DNA from: Gammaproteobacteria bacterium
Lineage (GTDB): Bacteria; Pseudomonadota; Gammaproteobacteria; Arenicellales; Poriferihabitantaceae
DNA: 64,000 nucleotides
NCBI GenBank assembly: GCA_022822625.1
Contig: JAJEAV010000011.1
Coordinates: forward strand, 15,955-79,954
Direction of reading: 5' to 3'
The notes beneath the pieces were generated by a model, which did not search any database, had not been told where the DNA came from, and saw nothing but the letters and a program-made list of their open reading frames with translations. Shown in pieces: positions 1 to 10,581 of the stretch (position 1 is its first letter; each line of letters starts with the position of its first letter). Made by a program: the position numbers and the translations under genes.

Positions 1-1984
1 GCCTGACCGCCGCAACCAGAGTATCTGTTGTCATTCCGAAATGTTCAAAAACATCATTGGCCGGTGCCGACTCGCCAAATGTTTCAATGCTGACCACTGC
101 TCCATCCAGCCCGACATATTCTGCCCACAAGGCCCCAACCCCGGCTTCTACTGCGACTCTGCGCCTTATTGACGATGGCAATACCGATTCCCGATATTCT
201 GCATCCTGCTCCGAAAACCGATCAGTCGATGGCATGGATACCACCCTCACCTCGATATCGGTCAATTCCTCGGCTGCGCTCATTGCGAGTTCAACTTCTG
301 AACCGGTAGCCATCAATATCACATCCGGCTCACTCGCACAATCACGAAGAATGTATCCTCCCTTCTTAATCAGGGATAGCTGTTCGGGCGTACGAGTTTG
401 ATGCGGCAAGGATTGCCTCGAGAAAATCAGACTGAACGGACGATCCGTTGATTCGCAAGCCTGTTGCCAGGCCACCATCGATTCGACTGCATCACACGGT
501 CGCCAGACAGACATTCGAGGGATCAGACGAAGGGTTGCCGTCTGTTCAACAGCCTGATGTGTCGGCCCATCCTCTCCCAGCCCTACCGAATCATGAGTAA
601 ATACGAAGATCGATGGCTGCTTCATCAATGCCGCCATGCGAAGCGCATTGCGTGCATATTCGGAAAACATCAGAAATGTTCCACCATAAGGCTTGAATGC
701 ACCATACAGAGCGAATCCGTTCATCACCGCGGCCATGCCAAATTCGCGTACGCCATAATAAATATAGTTGCCACTCCAGTCATATGGCGTAATTGTTTGA
801 GACCCTGACCATTGCGTCAGATTGGACCCGGTCAGGTCCGCAGAACCTCCGATCAGTTCCGGAAGAATCGGACCGATCGCCTCCAACGCAAGTTGAGATG
901 CTTTTCTTGTTGCAACAGTTTCGGCCTTGCGATCGGCTTCTTGAAGCATTGACTCACAGAGTGAATGCCAGTTTCCGGGCAATCGCTTGCTCTGTCGCCG
1001 CACGAATTCTTCGGCAAGATCTGGATAAGCCTTCCGATACCCGGAAAACCCGGCCTCCCAGTCGCTCTCTGCCTGCATGCCTTTTTCACAGCCATTCCAG
1101 GCATCGTAGATTGACTCGGGAATCTCAAACGGCGGATGCTTCCACCCGAGTTCAGCTCGAGCAAGTTCAACCTCCTGCTCACCCAATGGAGCACCATGAC
1201 TGGACTCCTTGCCTGACTTGTTGGGGGAACCAAACCCAATAACGGTCTTGCAGCAGATTAGAGAGGGTCGTCGCGTTTCATCCTTGGCCGCCTGAATAGC
1301 ACTTGAAACAGCATCTGGGTCGTGCCCATCGACATCCTTAATCACATGCCAGCCATAACTGTTAAAGCGAGCGGGAGTATCATCGGCAAACCAGCCCTGA
1401 ACCTCGCCATCAATCGAGATGCCATTGTCGTCATAGACTGCAATCAATTTACCGAGACCAAGGGTTCCGGCGAGTGAACATCCCTCATGAGATATGCCTT
1501 CCATGAGACAACCATCACCCGTAAAAACATAGGTATAGTGGTCCACGATATCATACCCCTCCCGGTTGAAGGTTGATGCCAGAACCTTCTCGGCAAGTGC
1601 CATGCCGACCGCATTGCAAATCCCTTGGCCAAGCGGCCCGGTCGTTACTTCAACACCAGCCGTATAACCATATTCGGGATGACCCGGGGTTTTCGAATGC
1701 AATTGCCTGAAACGCTTGATTTGACCAATATCAAGATCATAACCCGTCAAGTGCAACAGGGAATAAAGCAGCATTGAACCATGACCATTCGACAGCACAA
1801 ACCGATCCCGGTTGACCCATTGGGGATTGTTGGGATTATGAGTGAGAAAATCCGACCACAGAACCTCGGCAATATCGGCCATGCCCATGGGGGCACCGGG
1901 GTGTCCGGAATTTGCACGTTGCACAGCATCCATACTCAGTGCCCGGATTGCATTGGCCTTGACTCGGCGGGTTATTTCAGTCAT
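1..1984 (-). CDS. tkt: Transketolase (last few C-terminal residues lie beyond the left edge)
   Basis: Not in the ORF track because it is open at the window edge. My reverse translation from ATG at 1984 reads [41 protein letters not shown]. Further on it reads [19 protein letters not shown] (around 560-615) and [16 protein letters not shown] (58-2), all in one frame. The + strand ORFs at 57-2044 are its shadows. Confidence 0.9.
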   Translation of the reverse strand, partial: MTEITRRVKANAIRALSMDAVQRANSGHPGAPMGMADIAEVLWSDFLTHNPNNPQWVNRDRFVLSNGHGSMLLYSLLHLTGYDLDIGQIKRFRQLHSKTPGHPEYGYTAGVEVTTGPLGQGICNAVGMALAEKVLASTFNREGYDIVDHYTYVFTGDGCLMEGISHEGCSLAGTLGLGKLIAVYDDNGISIDGEVQGWFADDTPARFNSYGWHVIKDVDGHDPDAVSSAIQAAKDETRRPSLICCKTVIGFGSPNKSGKESSHGAPLGEQEVELARAELGWKHPPFEIPESIYDAWNGCEKGMQAESDWEAGFSGYRKAYPDLAEEFVRRQSKRLPGNWHSLCESMLQEADRKAETVATRKASQLALEAIGPILPELIGGSADLTGSNLTQWSGSQTITPYDWSGNYIYYGVREFGMAAVMNGFALYGAFKPYGGTFLMFSEYARNALRMAALMKQPSIFVFTHDSVGLGEDGPTHQAVEQTATLRLIPRMSVWRPCDAVESMVAWQQACESTDRPFSLIFSRQSLPHQTRTPEQLSLIKKGGYILRDCASEPDVILMATGSEVELAMSAAEELTDIEVRVVSMPSTDRFSEQDAEYRESVLPSSIRRRVAVEAGVGALWAEYVGLDGAVVSIETFGESAPANDVFEHFGMTTDTLVAAVR

Positions 1985-2281
1985 GGATTCATCTTTCGCA
2001 ATAGTAACCCATGTCTTGGCTTGACAAACAAGACATGCGAATAAAGGTACTCAACTTACATTTAGGAACAAGATCGGTCAAACGGTTTTTTCAAGCAGAA
2101 TAGCCAGGAGATAATTATAATCCGGCTTGTCTTCGGAATCGAATATTTTTGTGAGGTGCAAAAACCTGCATGTACACAGACCGATCAATCACGAATGAAA
2201 AGCGGTTGATTCTATATCAATCCGTTGATTTTCCGAACTCGCCAATCTATCAAATAGCCGGTTGACTTGAGGGTTGCCGGA

Positions 2282-2671
2282 TTATCGACCGATATATATT
2301 GGCCTTCCATCATTCAAGCATAACCAGCCTTTAATGATTCTGTAAAGAAACCAGATAACGATTCCTGCTCCTACAAGAAATAGAATGCCTATGACATACG
2401 GCCCCAAAACAAAAGCTGTAACAAGACAAAGTAGAGAACCTGCCACAATCCACAATAGGCCATACCAGAACGTGCGAATTTGCCATACAAAATGTGACTC
2501 AAGCCATGTCCCTTGTACATCTGCCTTCTTGACGTAATTGATGATCACTGCAATGACCAAAAGAATACATGGCACAAAAAAACTCAAGGCCTGCAGCAGG
2601 TAGACGACATGGGCTACCTTGGTTGCTGACTCTTCGAGCTTGTCAGCGGATTCAAAAAAGTCTTCTAGCAT
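2282..2671 (-). CDS. Small integral membrane protein (about 4 TM helices), family uncertain (COG3671/DUF4870-like from memory)
   Basis: 129-aa ORF with hydrophobic stretches (FFVPCILLVIAVII, LLWIVAGSLLCLVTAFVLGPYVIGILFLVGAGIVIWFL) and the motif HFVWQIRTFWY. Confidence 0.55.
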   Translation of the reverse strand: MLEDFFESADKLEESATKVAHVVYLLQALSFFVPCILLVIAVIINYVKKADVQGTWLESHFVWQIRTFWYGLLWIVAGSLLCLVTAFVLGPYVIGILFLVGAGIVIWFLYRIIKGWLCLNDGRPIYIGR

Positions 2672-3156
2672 TGATAAATAGTTCGATCATTCACACCCAT
2701 GAACATGCTTGGTCGGCAAGATGAATGCAGGAGGAGTCTCTTCCTCCGAGAACTGTTCGGGATATCGCGTTTCTACAACTGACTGCATACGAAACCGGGT
2801 GATCGTCAGTGTTGCCGTTGATCAAGCCGAAATAGGAAGCATGCAACTCTGCAACTCATTAATTATATTATCGAATAATAACAGAATTTTAAGCATATAT
2901 TACCTGTATTTACCCCGGCTTTAGTGAGCATAGCCATGAGAAAACATTTTCGAAACACTGGACGAACGCGGAGACTGCTGCCAGACCGTGATCACGAACT
3001 ACCCTGTACCATTTACGTCATGGATTTTACAACAGCCTTTGCCTAGGAAAAACGGGAAAAGTTTGTTGCAGGTTCTGTGGAATCGTGAGCGAGAGACACG
3101 AAAGTGTGATCAAGCCATGGGCAAGATCCCTCATGGTTCTCATCTGTCAGTGCAGT

Positions 3157-3987
3157 TTAATCGGAGCGATACAGGTCACCCGAAGCCACCTCCAGGTGAC
3201 CATTAATCCAACCCTGCCATTGACCTAGCAGTTTGCTATTGACAGCAGCGACAATCGCACGTTTGCGTAGTTTGCCACAATCCAGGGGCTGGCCGGATAG
3301 GGATGTCGCCTGACCACCTGACTCCAGCAATATCAGATAACCTGCTGCAAAATCCCAGAGCTTCTGGCCACCATGAAGATACAGTTGAAAACGACCTGTT
3401 GCCAGCCAGCACCACTCAAGTACTGATGACCCAAGGTTGCGCTGGGACCGATATGGGGGGCAACGCACGAGTTGTGCAGACAGATCTTCGGTAAGCCGCT
3501 TGTAGTCAATATTGGCAACACAATCGGATAAGGAAGTATCGGCAAAACAGCTTAACCTGTGGTCATTGAGATAGGCACCTTGACTTCGAACAGCCGAGAA
3601 ACACTCGTTTCGAATGGGGTCAAAAGTAACCGCCAGTTCTGGCTGTCCGTCAATTACCAGTGACAATGATACCCCGTAAAACAGAAATCCACTGGAAAAG
3701 TTGGTTGTACCGTCCAGTGGATCAAGCACCCAGTACCCTTCTTTTGCATGACGAATCACTGCATCCTGTTCGTCGTAATGCATTTCCTCACCGACGAATC
3801 CAAACTGCGGCCAACGTGCCTCCAGTTCCCGCTTCAGTTGTCTCTGGATAGACAGGTCAATTTCGGTAACTATGCTTCCATCATGCTTGATAGTGGTTGC
3901 ATTTTCAGGAACTGCCCTGTCAAAGGTAGATTGCGATATCTGAACAACAAGGTCTGCGACTTCACATCTATCTGGAAAGAAGATCAT
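3157..3987 (-). CDS. Inositol monophosphatase family protein (SuhB/CysQ-like)
   Basis: 276-aa ORF carrying the IMPase signature WVLDPLDGTTNF and an upstream GEE metal-binding motif (FVGEEMH). Confidence 0.85.
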   Translation of the reverse strand: MIFFPDRCEVADLVVQISQSTFDRAVPENATTIKHDGSIVTEIDLSIQRQLKRELEARWPQFGFVGEEMHYDEQDAVIRHAKEGYWVLDPLDGTTNFSSGFLFYGVSLSLVIDGQPELAVTFDPIRNECFSAVRSQGAYLNDHRLSCFADTSLSDCVANIDYKRLTEDLSAQLVRCPPYRSQRNLGSSVLEWCWLATGRFQLYLHGGQKLWDFAAGYLILLESGGQATSLSGQPLDCGKLRKRAIVAAVNSKLLGQWQGWINGHLEVASGDLYRSD

Positions 3988-4100
3988 TTCGGCTTGAATT
4001 TTTGTTCACGAAGAATGTGAAAGAAACCAACAGGGGTTTCTTTGTATTCTATCCACTGGCAAGAATCAAAAAAGATTCAGTTCTCATAAATCACCAAATT

Positions 4101-6320
4101 CTACAGTCTCTCAACCATGCGCAGTATTGAACCGAGATGTCCTGGCACATGAGGGGTGTCTTCCTTCAATTCCGCCTCAATTGACTGATGAACCTCCAGC
4201 AATAGATTGAGAACAACCGCTGAATCGAACGTGGTTTTCAGATTCTCTTCACTAATCATCGGCACGACAACATTGCAGATGCGAGATATTTCCTCATGTT
4301 GACGGGTTACACACAATTTCGACAGGTTGGAAAATCCCTTGCGAATGCTGGCCACAATCTCCCGGTCGGCCAAATCTGTCTGCCATGTTTTCAACCCTGA
4401 CCTGATCGCATGCAGTTGTTCGACTATCAGCCCGTAATCCGAATTTGCTTGTGACGTCTCGGATGTTTCTCGCCGGGCAAGACATTCTTCAATCAAATCA
4501 CGAATTCGATCCAGCCCGGGATCTGAATCCCTGACTGGATTTGCATCGTTGATCATCATAACCGCCTCTTCTCTGATTGAATCAACAATCAGGACAAGTT
4601 CTTCAGCAAATTCACCCGCATGATCTCCCGAATAGACCGCCTGGTCAATCAATGACCCGACACGCCGAATCATCTCCGCCGCTGGTGCATCTCCCGCAAT
4701 GACAAACAGGCATTCAATCTGCTTGATCGCCACCTGTACCTCTCCAGACCGAATTCCCCCCACACTTCCTTTTCCTGTCCCTGTAAGAATATCGGTCACC
4801 GTTGAACAGTTTTTGCTGATTTCAGTAATCAATGCATTACTGGATTTGGTGAATTCCCGACTAGGCCAAGGCAGCATGAAATTGACATCGGAATCCAGAG
4901 AGTAATCAGCATTGACGTTGTCAGCATGGAAATTCTCTTGTTGAACATCATCTCGGGTTATGGGAGGTATCACGCCCACCGGGTTCGTTCTGACACCAAC
5001 AATTCTCTGCCCTAAACAGTGAATTTTCTCAATCGTCAAGGTACGGGGGTCTTCGACAAAATCCCATAGCATCATCCATGCTGAGGCAATTTTTGTATCT
5101 TCCCGGGAATCAGGAAGGCCTTCTGCATTGATATCGATACTGGTAATCGTTTCACACAGGCAAACTACATATGTTTTTAAAACGCTGTCTGCATGCTCTG
5201 ATACGACCTCTTTCAGTTCATCCAGCCTTTCAAGCATTTCCGTGGTTTTTTCCGAGTTCAAGCCACCAAGGAAAAACAAGGCGAGTGAATTCTTCAAGGA
5301 GTGATAATTTCTTTTTCGATTTAATTGCGAGAGTTCGCCAGCAAGTTGAATGGATTTTTCGCATTCCGCCTGCATCACTTGATCCGGACTGCCAGTAAAC
5401 CACTTCTCAAGCCGGAACAGTTCGCAAATTTTTCCGGTATCAGGGCCGATATCTTGCGGACATATGTGACCTACTCGATCCCTCCCATAGACTGCATCGC
5501 CAATCAGGAACAGCATTTTTTGAAATAGTGTTTCCGGAAACTCGATCCGCCCATCCATGGCAGTATTGCAGCAGATTTTCCTGATCAGGAAATCCACTTC
5601 AGCAAACAATACTCCGATTATTTTATGCACTCCAAATTTGTCGGATTCATATTGAACGAGCTCGATGCAGCTCGAAACAAGGTAAGCGAGTTGTGAAAGT
5701 GGATATCTATTATCGAATTTGATGCGATCAAACAACTCGGACATGACTTCCAGTGATCTGGATCTTTTCTCCATCAGGTAAATCGACAGGTGTTCTCGAA
5801 ACATGACGTGAAATGCCTGGTCAATAGCCTGTAATTTTTCCATGGATTCAATGTGGGGCGAAGTGCCTGACCCCCCCGGAGAACAACGAGCACATGGATT
5901 GAAGAGGTCAAGTGGCGTTATCGTACTGTTGCCTAAAAGTTGCTGAATTCGAATTATGACATCCGCCAGTTCCAACGCAGAGATCGGAATTCGGGAGGAA
6001 ACCAGCGACATGTACTCGGCAAGTCGTAATGTGCCTCCCCCCAGGGCCTCGAACCCATGGGAAGAATCTATCGAACAAGGATTTCGGATCAATGCTTTCG
6101 ATAGTTGAGACAAATTCGAGCAAAGCAACCTTGCTCCCTCCAGTCCACTACTTTCCATTATGGATTCAAGTTTGCCAAGGCGAGAAATCATGCGTCTCAA
6201 ATCATCAGACTGCGGGCTCGATTGGATTCTCCTTGTTTCAATGAGCAGTTGCTCAACCTCATGGTTCGTGCGTGGGTCGATGGGCATCACGGTGTAATGG
6301 GCTGGATCGAAACTGCTCAT
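4101..6320 (-). CDS. Large hypothetical cytoplasmic protein with one Hpt-like motif (possible FimL/ChpA-N-terminal-like scaffold)
   Basis: Uninterrupted 739-aa ORF with no TM or signal sequence and no catalytic motif I recognise. Residues around 339-352 read YHSLKNSLALFFLGG, resembling the H-x-L-K-G-S...G phosphotransfer motif. It lies downstream of a receiver-domain gene on the same strand. Confidence 0.55.
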   Translation of the reverse strand: MSSFDPAHYTVMPIDPRTNHEVEQLLIETRRIQSSPQSDDLRRMISRLGKLESIMESSGLEGARLLCSNLSQLSKALIRNPCSIDSSHGFEALGGGTLRLAEYMSLVSSRIPISALELADVIIRIQQLLGNSTITPLDLFNPCARCSPGGSGTSPHIESMEKLQAIDQAFHVMFREHLSIYLMEKRSRSLEVMSELFDRIKFDNRYPLSQLAYLVSSCIELVQYESDKFGVHKIIGVLFAEVDFLIRKICCNTAMDGRIEFPETLFQKMLFLIGDAVYGRDRVGHICPQDIGPDTGKICELFRLEKWFTGSPDQVMQAECEKSIQLAGELSQLNRKRNYHSLKNSLALFFLGGLNSEKTTEMLERLDELKEVVSEHADSVLKTYVVCLCETITSIDINAEGLPDSREDTKIASAWMMLWDFVEDPRTLTIEKIHCLGQRIVGVRTNPVGVIPPITRDDVQQENFHADNVNADYSLDSDVNFMLPWPSREFTKSSNALITEISKNCSTVTDILTGTGKGSVGGIRSGEVQVAIKQIECLFVIAGDAPAAEMIRRVGSLIDQAVYSGDHAGEFAEELVLIVDSIREEAVMMINDANPVRDSDPGLDRIRDLIEECLARRETSETSQANSDYGLIVEQLHAIRSGLKTWQTDLADREIVASIRKGFSNLSKLCVTRQHEEISRICNVVVPMISEENLKTTFDSAVVLNLLLEVHQSIEAELKEDTPHVPGHLGSILRMVERL

Positions 6321-6615
6321 GACAACAGTTTACCGGACTGTTTCACTTGAATATGCATCAATATTCCGTGTAAGCAACCATAACCCGAGTGGAGACAAAG
6401 AGAGTTGGACCATATCTTGATTCCAGGGTGGTTTCGATCCAGACTGCCAGGGAAATCAAGCATGAAAATCCGTAAGTGCAGGACCACTCGTTAGGACACT
6501 CGTCGAAGTAGTCATCAGGTCAATCGTATCCAAGCACCTTGCAGTTTCCGGAAACAGCATGTCGTTCACACTTTTGGATTATAGAAAGTCGACTACTGGC
6601 AAAACACGATTCGCA

Positions 6616-7068
6616 TCACTGGCAGATAGTCATGCAGTATCTGGCTACCCTCAAGAGTTCCTGATCATCAAGTGGTTTGACCAACTGGTAAATGGCTCCA
6701 GCTGAGTAGCCTTCTGCCCGCTCATTAAGCCCGTCAGTGTTAGAGAGAATAATTGCGGGGATCGACCTGAATTCGACATTGCACTTGACCAGATAACAGA
6801 ATTGATGAGCAGTTAATCGGGGCAACGACGTATCTACAAGAATCAGGTCAGGACGATGGTTAACCACTCCAGTCAGGGCATCGATGCCATCAACGAACGA
6901 ATATACCTGATATTTCTGATTCGAAAGAATTCGCTCGGCACACTCAAGCAATGAGCGATCACCGCTCGCAAGCAATATCTTGCAGGTCACGGCATATTCG
7001 CCAGTCTGGCCCTGAAATATATCTGGCAGGGACTGTACTGTTGCAGGAATTTGAGAAACTCTATCCAC
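6616..7068 (-). CDS. Single-domain response regulator (receiver only)
   Basis: 150-aa ORF. It has a phospho-acceptor context (DLILVDTSLPRL), a conserved Ser (AIILSN) and Lys (LVKP), and no output domain. Confidence 0.8.
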   Translation of the reverse strand: MDRVSQIPATVQSLPDIFQGQTGEYAVTCKILLASGDRSLLECAERILSNQKYQVYSFVDGIDALTGVVNHRPDLILVDTSLPRLTAHQFCYLVKCNVEFRSIPAIILSNTDGLNERAEGYSAGAIYQLVKPLDDQELLRVARYCMTICQ

Positions 7069-7159
7069 ACAAATCGGAACAGGGTTCCTGGATAGCCATC
7101 GGATGTATATGAACCTCTTCCCATTATTCCTTGGCGCAAGCTCTCAGTGATAAAGAGGA

Positions 7160-7456
7160 TCAGAGCCTGATTTCATCACACAGAAAAACAAAACCATCAC
7201 TTGAATCAAGCCTGAGCCTGACGATATTCTGATAGGCTGCCAAGTTATACCACTCTCTCGCCTGCTCCCTGCTTTCAAACTTGATTACTATTGTTCGACC
7301 CGCGTCTGATTGCCCTTCCATAATCTCGATATTCTCATCAACAATCAATACCTACGGATTGTAGGGATCGAGAGACTCAAACGCTTTTGGCAAGTAGTTT
7401 GAGTTAAGTGTTTCAGCGTCATGCTCCTTGTGAGTAAAAATAAAACATGCACTCAT
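7160..7456 (-). pseudogene. DUF1330 family gene interrupted by an in-frame TAG
   Basis: The track ORF 7160-7348 (VIKFESREQAREWYNLAAYQNIVRLR, the DUF1330 core) continues upstream in the same frame. The reading is ATG 7456, MSACFIFTHKEHDAETLNSNYLPKAFESLDPYNP, TAG (7354-7352), then VLIVDENIEIMEG. Confidence 0.6.
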
Positions 7457-7630
7457 GCGACTCCCCCGAAGAACCATATTGAAAATGAATTATATATCGT
7501 AACTACTCCCCCCACTATGCCATGATGGCTAAATTATGAGTGCGGGATTTCAGAAAGAAAGTCATCCCCTGCCAATGGGGATTCGGACATTTTCCATTCT
7601 CCATGAAAGGGGCTATTACCATGTCTACAA

Positions 7631-7860
7631 GATGTCCCTGAGCAAGAGGCAGTTCGATTGCGGGGGCTGCGGTGTGTCACTGGATAGGGATGTGACTGCA
7701 TCCCGGAACATTCTCAGGCAGGCCTGCCTGCTTGCCGGGTGGGAAATGGGGCAGGAGTCTGCCCTTCCCGGTGCGTCCGAGAATGTTCGTCATCATGTCG
7801 TGGCGTTGGCCGGGCAGGACGCAGAACAGTATATTGTTACTTGAATATATAATTCCCTTT
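7631..7860 (+). mobile_element. tnpB: IS200/IS605-family (IS1341-type) tnpB 3-prime end plus right-end remnant (copy A)
   Basis: The end of ORF 7536-7844 reads KRQFDCGGCGVSLDRDVTASRNIL, which is the TnpB zinc-ribbon/RuvC-III tail. No upstream TnpB sequence is present. About 85% nt identity (hand alignment) to the inverted copy at 58636-58850, ending in the shared CAGAACAGTATATTnTTACTTGAATATA. Confidence 0.65.
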
Positions 7861-8084
7861 TGATGGCGCGGTACCGACAAGGTGTGAGTAGCTACCATAT
7901 ATCGCGAGTTTTCGTAACCATGAGTGAGACTGCAAGTCCCCATGAAGATTACCGGTGACTTTCTCATCGAAATATTTCAATTCATAATTTATTGACTCAT
8001 GATAAGATATGTTCAGACATATTCAGACCATCTCTCGACTGGAAAAATTCACCAACAGCCGCAACATCGAAGCAACTGGACGTA

Positions 8085-8642
8085 ATGGAATCTCTTCAAA
8101 ATCGTTTCCTTGTATCCATGCCCCAGCTACTTAGTGAGGAGTTCTCCAGAAGTGTTGTATTAATGTGTCATCATGGTGATGGCGGTGCTATTGGAATCAT
8201 TGTCAACAAGGTCACACCCCACTGCATAGGCGAGATATTCTCGGAGATGGATATCATTACAACCATCGACACTTACGACAAACAACCTGTGCTCAATGGC
8301 GGACCCTTGTCCCAGGAACTTGGCCTAGTGATCCACAATGACAGGGAATCAAGATGGAAATCCAGTCTCAAAGTCGACAATGGCTTGTGCCTGACCAGTT
8401 CCAAGGAAATCCTTGCCGATATGGCAGTTGGCTCTGGACCCGAACGTGCCTTGGTGACTTTCGGATATGCGAGTTGGGCACCCGGGCAGCTTGAGTCGGA
8501 AATCCGTGAAAACAGCTGGTTGATAACTCCTGTCGATCATGAAATTCTATTTTCGACACCCTTTCAAGATCGCTGGCATCGTTCGGCTACCATTCTAGGT
8601 ATTGATATCAATCAGATATCTGGACAATTTGGGCATGCCTGA
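8085..8642 (+). CDS. yqgE: YqgE/AlgH family protein (UPF0301)
   Basis: MESLQNRFLVSMPQLLSEEFSRSVVLMCHHGDGGAIGIIVNK matches the YqgE N-terminus pattern. I use the internal Met at 8085 rather than the track start at 7992. Confidence 0.85.
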   Translation: MESLQNRFLVSMPQLLSEEFSRSVVLMCHHGDGGAIGIIVNKVTPHCIGEIFSEMDIITTIDTYDKQPVLNGGPLSQELGLVIHNDRESRWKSSLKVDNGLCLTSSKEILADMAVGSGPERALVTFGYASWAPGQLESEIRENSWLITPVDHEILFSTPFQDRWHRSATILGIDINQISGQFGHA

Positions 8643-9111
8643 CCTCAAGCAACCAAGGAAATCGGGAGGACGCGTACTCGGTTTTGATTATGGTTCACTA
8701 CGCATCGGCATCGCAGTTGGAAACAGAATAACAGGAACAGCTGAACCCCTCGACATCATACATAATCGCAGGCACACCCCCGAATGGCCGGAGATATTGG
8801 CAGTCATCTACGAATGGAAACCCGAAACTCTCGTGATCGGGCTACCCCTTTCCAGTTCGGGCGAGGAAACCGAGATGTCTGCCAAAGCTCGGACTTTTGC
8901 AAGAAAACTCAGCAACAAAAGCAGGGTAGATTACATCATGGTCGATGAGCGTTACTCAACCTATCAGGCAAACGAAGTTGTGGTTAACCTGACCAGGCAT
9001 AAAATACGCAAGCGTTGTGCATCCAGTGAGAGAGACGATGTGGCCGCCCAGATCATTCTTGAGACCTATTTTGCAGATATCAAAAACCAATCTCTAAGTC
9101 GACATGGATAA
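8635..9111 (+). CDS. ruvX: Putative pre-16S rRNA nuclease / Holliday junction resolvase-like YqgF
   Basis: VLGFDYGSLRIGIAVGN...VIGLPL...DERYST...AAQIILETYF follows the YqgF pattern. Conserved yqgE-yqgF order. ATG at 8635. Confidence 0.9.
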   Translation: MPDLKQPRKSGGRVLGFDYGSLRIGIAVGNRITGTAEPLDIIHNRRHTPEWPEILAVIYEWKPETLVIGLPLSSSGEETEMSAKARTFARKLSNKSRVDYIMVDERYSTYQANEVVVNLTRHKIRKRCASSERDDVAAQIILETYFADIKNQSLSRHG

Positions 9112-9601
9112 TACCGTTAGCAATGCCATCGACAATCTCGCCCAACAAGTTGCCTCAAGTTCGGTTGAAGATCCTTTGCTGATCGGCATCCATACAGGAG
9201 GGGTTTGGGTTGCAGACATTCTTCACCGGAAAATTGGCTTCAACGAAGAATTGGGCACTCTGGATATTTCTTTCTACCGTGATGATTTCAGCAAGGTCGG
9301 ACTAAACCCACAGGTCAAGGCATCTTCCTTGCCGGTTGGAATGGATGACCGCAACATCATCCTGATTGATGACGTACTCTATACTGGCCGTACGATACGG
9401 GCGGCCCTTAACGAAATCTTCTCGTATGGCCGCCCAGCAAGTGTCAAGCTGGGCGTGCTGATTAAACGAACCGGTCGTGAATTGCCGATACAACCCGATT
9501 TCACCGGTATGGAACTGGATCTGGACAATCATCAACAAGCCAAACTCTACCGAGATAACGGCAAACTCGGGTTCAGCATCGACGAGACAATCTCGGTTTA
9601 A
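9104..9601 (+). CDS. pyrR: PyrR, bifunctional pyrimidine regulatory protein/uracil phosphoribosyltransferase family
   Basis: 165-aa ORF with the PRPP-binding motif [18 protein letters not shown]. Sits directly upstream of pyrB. Confidence 0.9.
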   Translation: MDNTVSNAIDNLAQQVASSSVEDPLLIGIHTGGVWVADILHRKIGFNEELGTLDISFYRDDFSKVGLNPQVKASSLPVGMDDRNIILIDDVLYTGRTIRAALNEIFSYGRPASVKLGVLIKRTGRELPIQPDFTGMELDLDNHQQAKLYRDNGKLGFSIDETISV

Positions 9602-9603
9602 GT

Positions 9604-10581
9604 ATGTGTGCAGACTTTCCCGTTCAGTTTGACCAAAATGGAAAGCTCCGTCATTTCCTGACCATACAGGGTCTTTCCGAGAATACCCTTACGGAGATTC
9701 TTGACATCGCACATTCCTTCATTGATTTTGGCAAACGCGAAATCAAGAAAATCCCCCTGATGCGGGGAAAAACGGTGGTCAACCTGTTCTTCGAGCCAAG
9801 CACTCGAACCCGCACCACCTTTGAAATTGCGGCAAAACGGCTATCTGCCGATGTAGTGAACATGAATGCAACCCGGATGTCGACCACAAAAGGCGAGACT
9901 ATTCTGGATACCGTCAAAACGATTGAGGCCATGCATACCGACATGTTTGTGGTCCGAGACCGTGCAAGCGGTGCCGCACAGCTGATTGCAAGCCATCTAC
10001 CCGACCATGTTCGGGTTATTAATGCCGGAGATGGGCGCCATGAACATCCCACTCAGGCCATGCTTGATGTATTTACCATTCGTCAGCACAAGCAGGACTT
10101 CTCCAAGCTACGCGTCGCCATCGTGGGCGATATCCTCCACTCACGCGTCGCACGCTCGCAGATTCATGCCTTGAATATACTGGGAACTCGAGAAATTCGC
10201 GTGATTGGCCCCCGCACCCTGATTCCGACAGACATCGAAACCATGGGGGTCAACTATGTCAATAACATGAAAGACGGCCTCGAAGATATTGATGTTGTCA
10301 TCATGCTGCGAATACAACGAGAAAGAATGGACGGTCAGCTTATTCCAAGTGAACAGGAATACTTCGTTCGTTATGGGTTGACTGAAAGAACTCTCGACTT
10401 TGCAAAACCTGATGCCATGGTCATGCATCCCGGTCCCATCAACCGTGGCCTGGAAATCTCTTCAAGCGTAGCTGACGGGAGTCGGTCCGTGATTCTTGAT
10501 CAGGTTACCAATGGGATTGCAGTCAGAATGTCAATCATGGCCCATCTGATGGGCGGTCAGGAAAAATCCAAATGGACATAA
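9604..10581 (+). CDS. pyrB: Aspartate carbamoyltransferase catalytic chain
   Basis: Carries [13 protein letters not shown], the HPTQ motif ([10 protein letters not shown]) and HPGPINRG. Confidence 0.95.
   Translation: MCADFPVQFDQNGKLRHFLTIQGLSENTLTEILDIAHSFIDFGKREIKKIPLMRGKTVVNLFFEPSTRTRTTFEIAAKRLSADVVNMNATRMSTTKGETILDTVKTIEAMHTDMFVVRDRASGAAQLIASHLPDHVRVINAGDGRHEHPTQAMLDVFTIRQHKQDFSKLRVAIVGDILHSRVARSQIHALNILGTREIRVIGPRTLIPTDIETMGVNYVNNMKDGLEDIDVVIMLRIQRERMDGQLIPSEQEYFVRYGLTERTLDFAKPDAMVMHPGPINRGLEISSSVADGSRSVILDQVTNGIAVRMSIMAHLMGGQEKSKWT

Noticed and set aside
57-2044. Series of + strand ORFs (114-149 aa) listed in the track across the first 2 kb
   Set aside because: They are antisense or out-of-frame shadows of the transketolase gene, which reads continuously on the minus strand from 1984 to the window edge with unmistakable TPP-enzyme motifs.
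7352-7354. In-frame TAG in the DUF1330 gene as programmed recoding (pyrrolysine or read-through)
   Set aside because: There is no Pyl machinery context or recoding signal visible, and the lineage is not expected to use it. A nonsense mutation or sequencing error is far more likely.
7536-7844. 102-aa ORF as an intact small gene
   Set aside because: Only the stretch from KRQFDCGGCG onward (~residues 37-62 of 102) resembles anything, namely the TnpB zinc-ribbon/RuvC tail. The N-terminal part is unrelated. The ORF is a by-product of an IS remnant.
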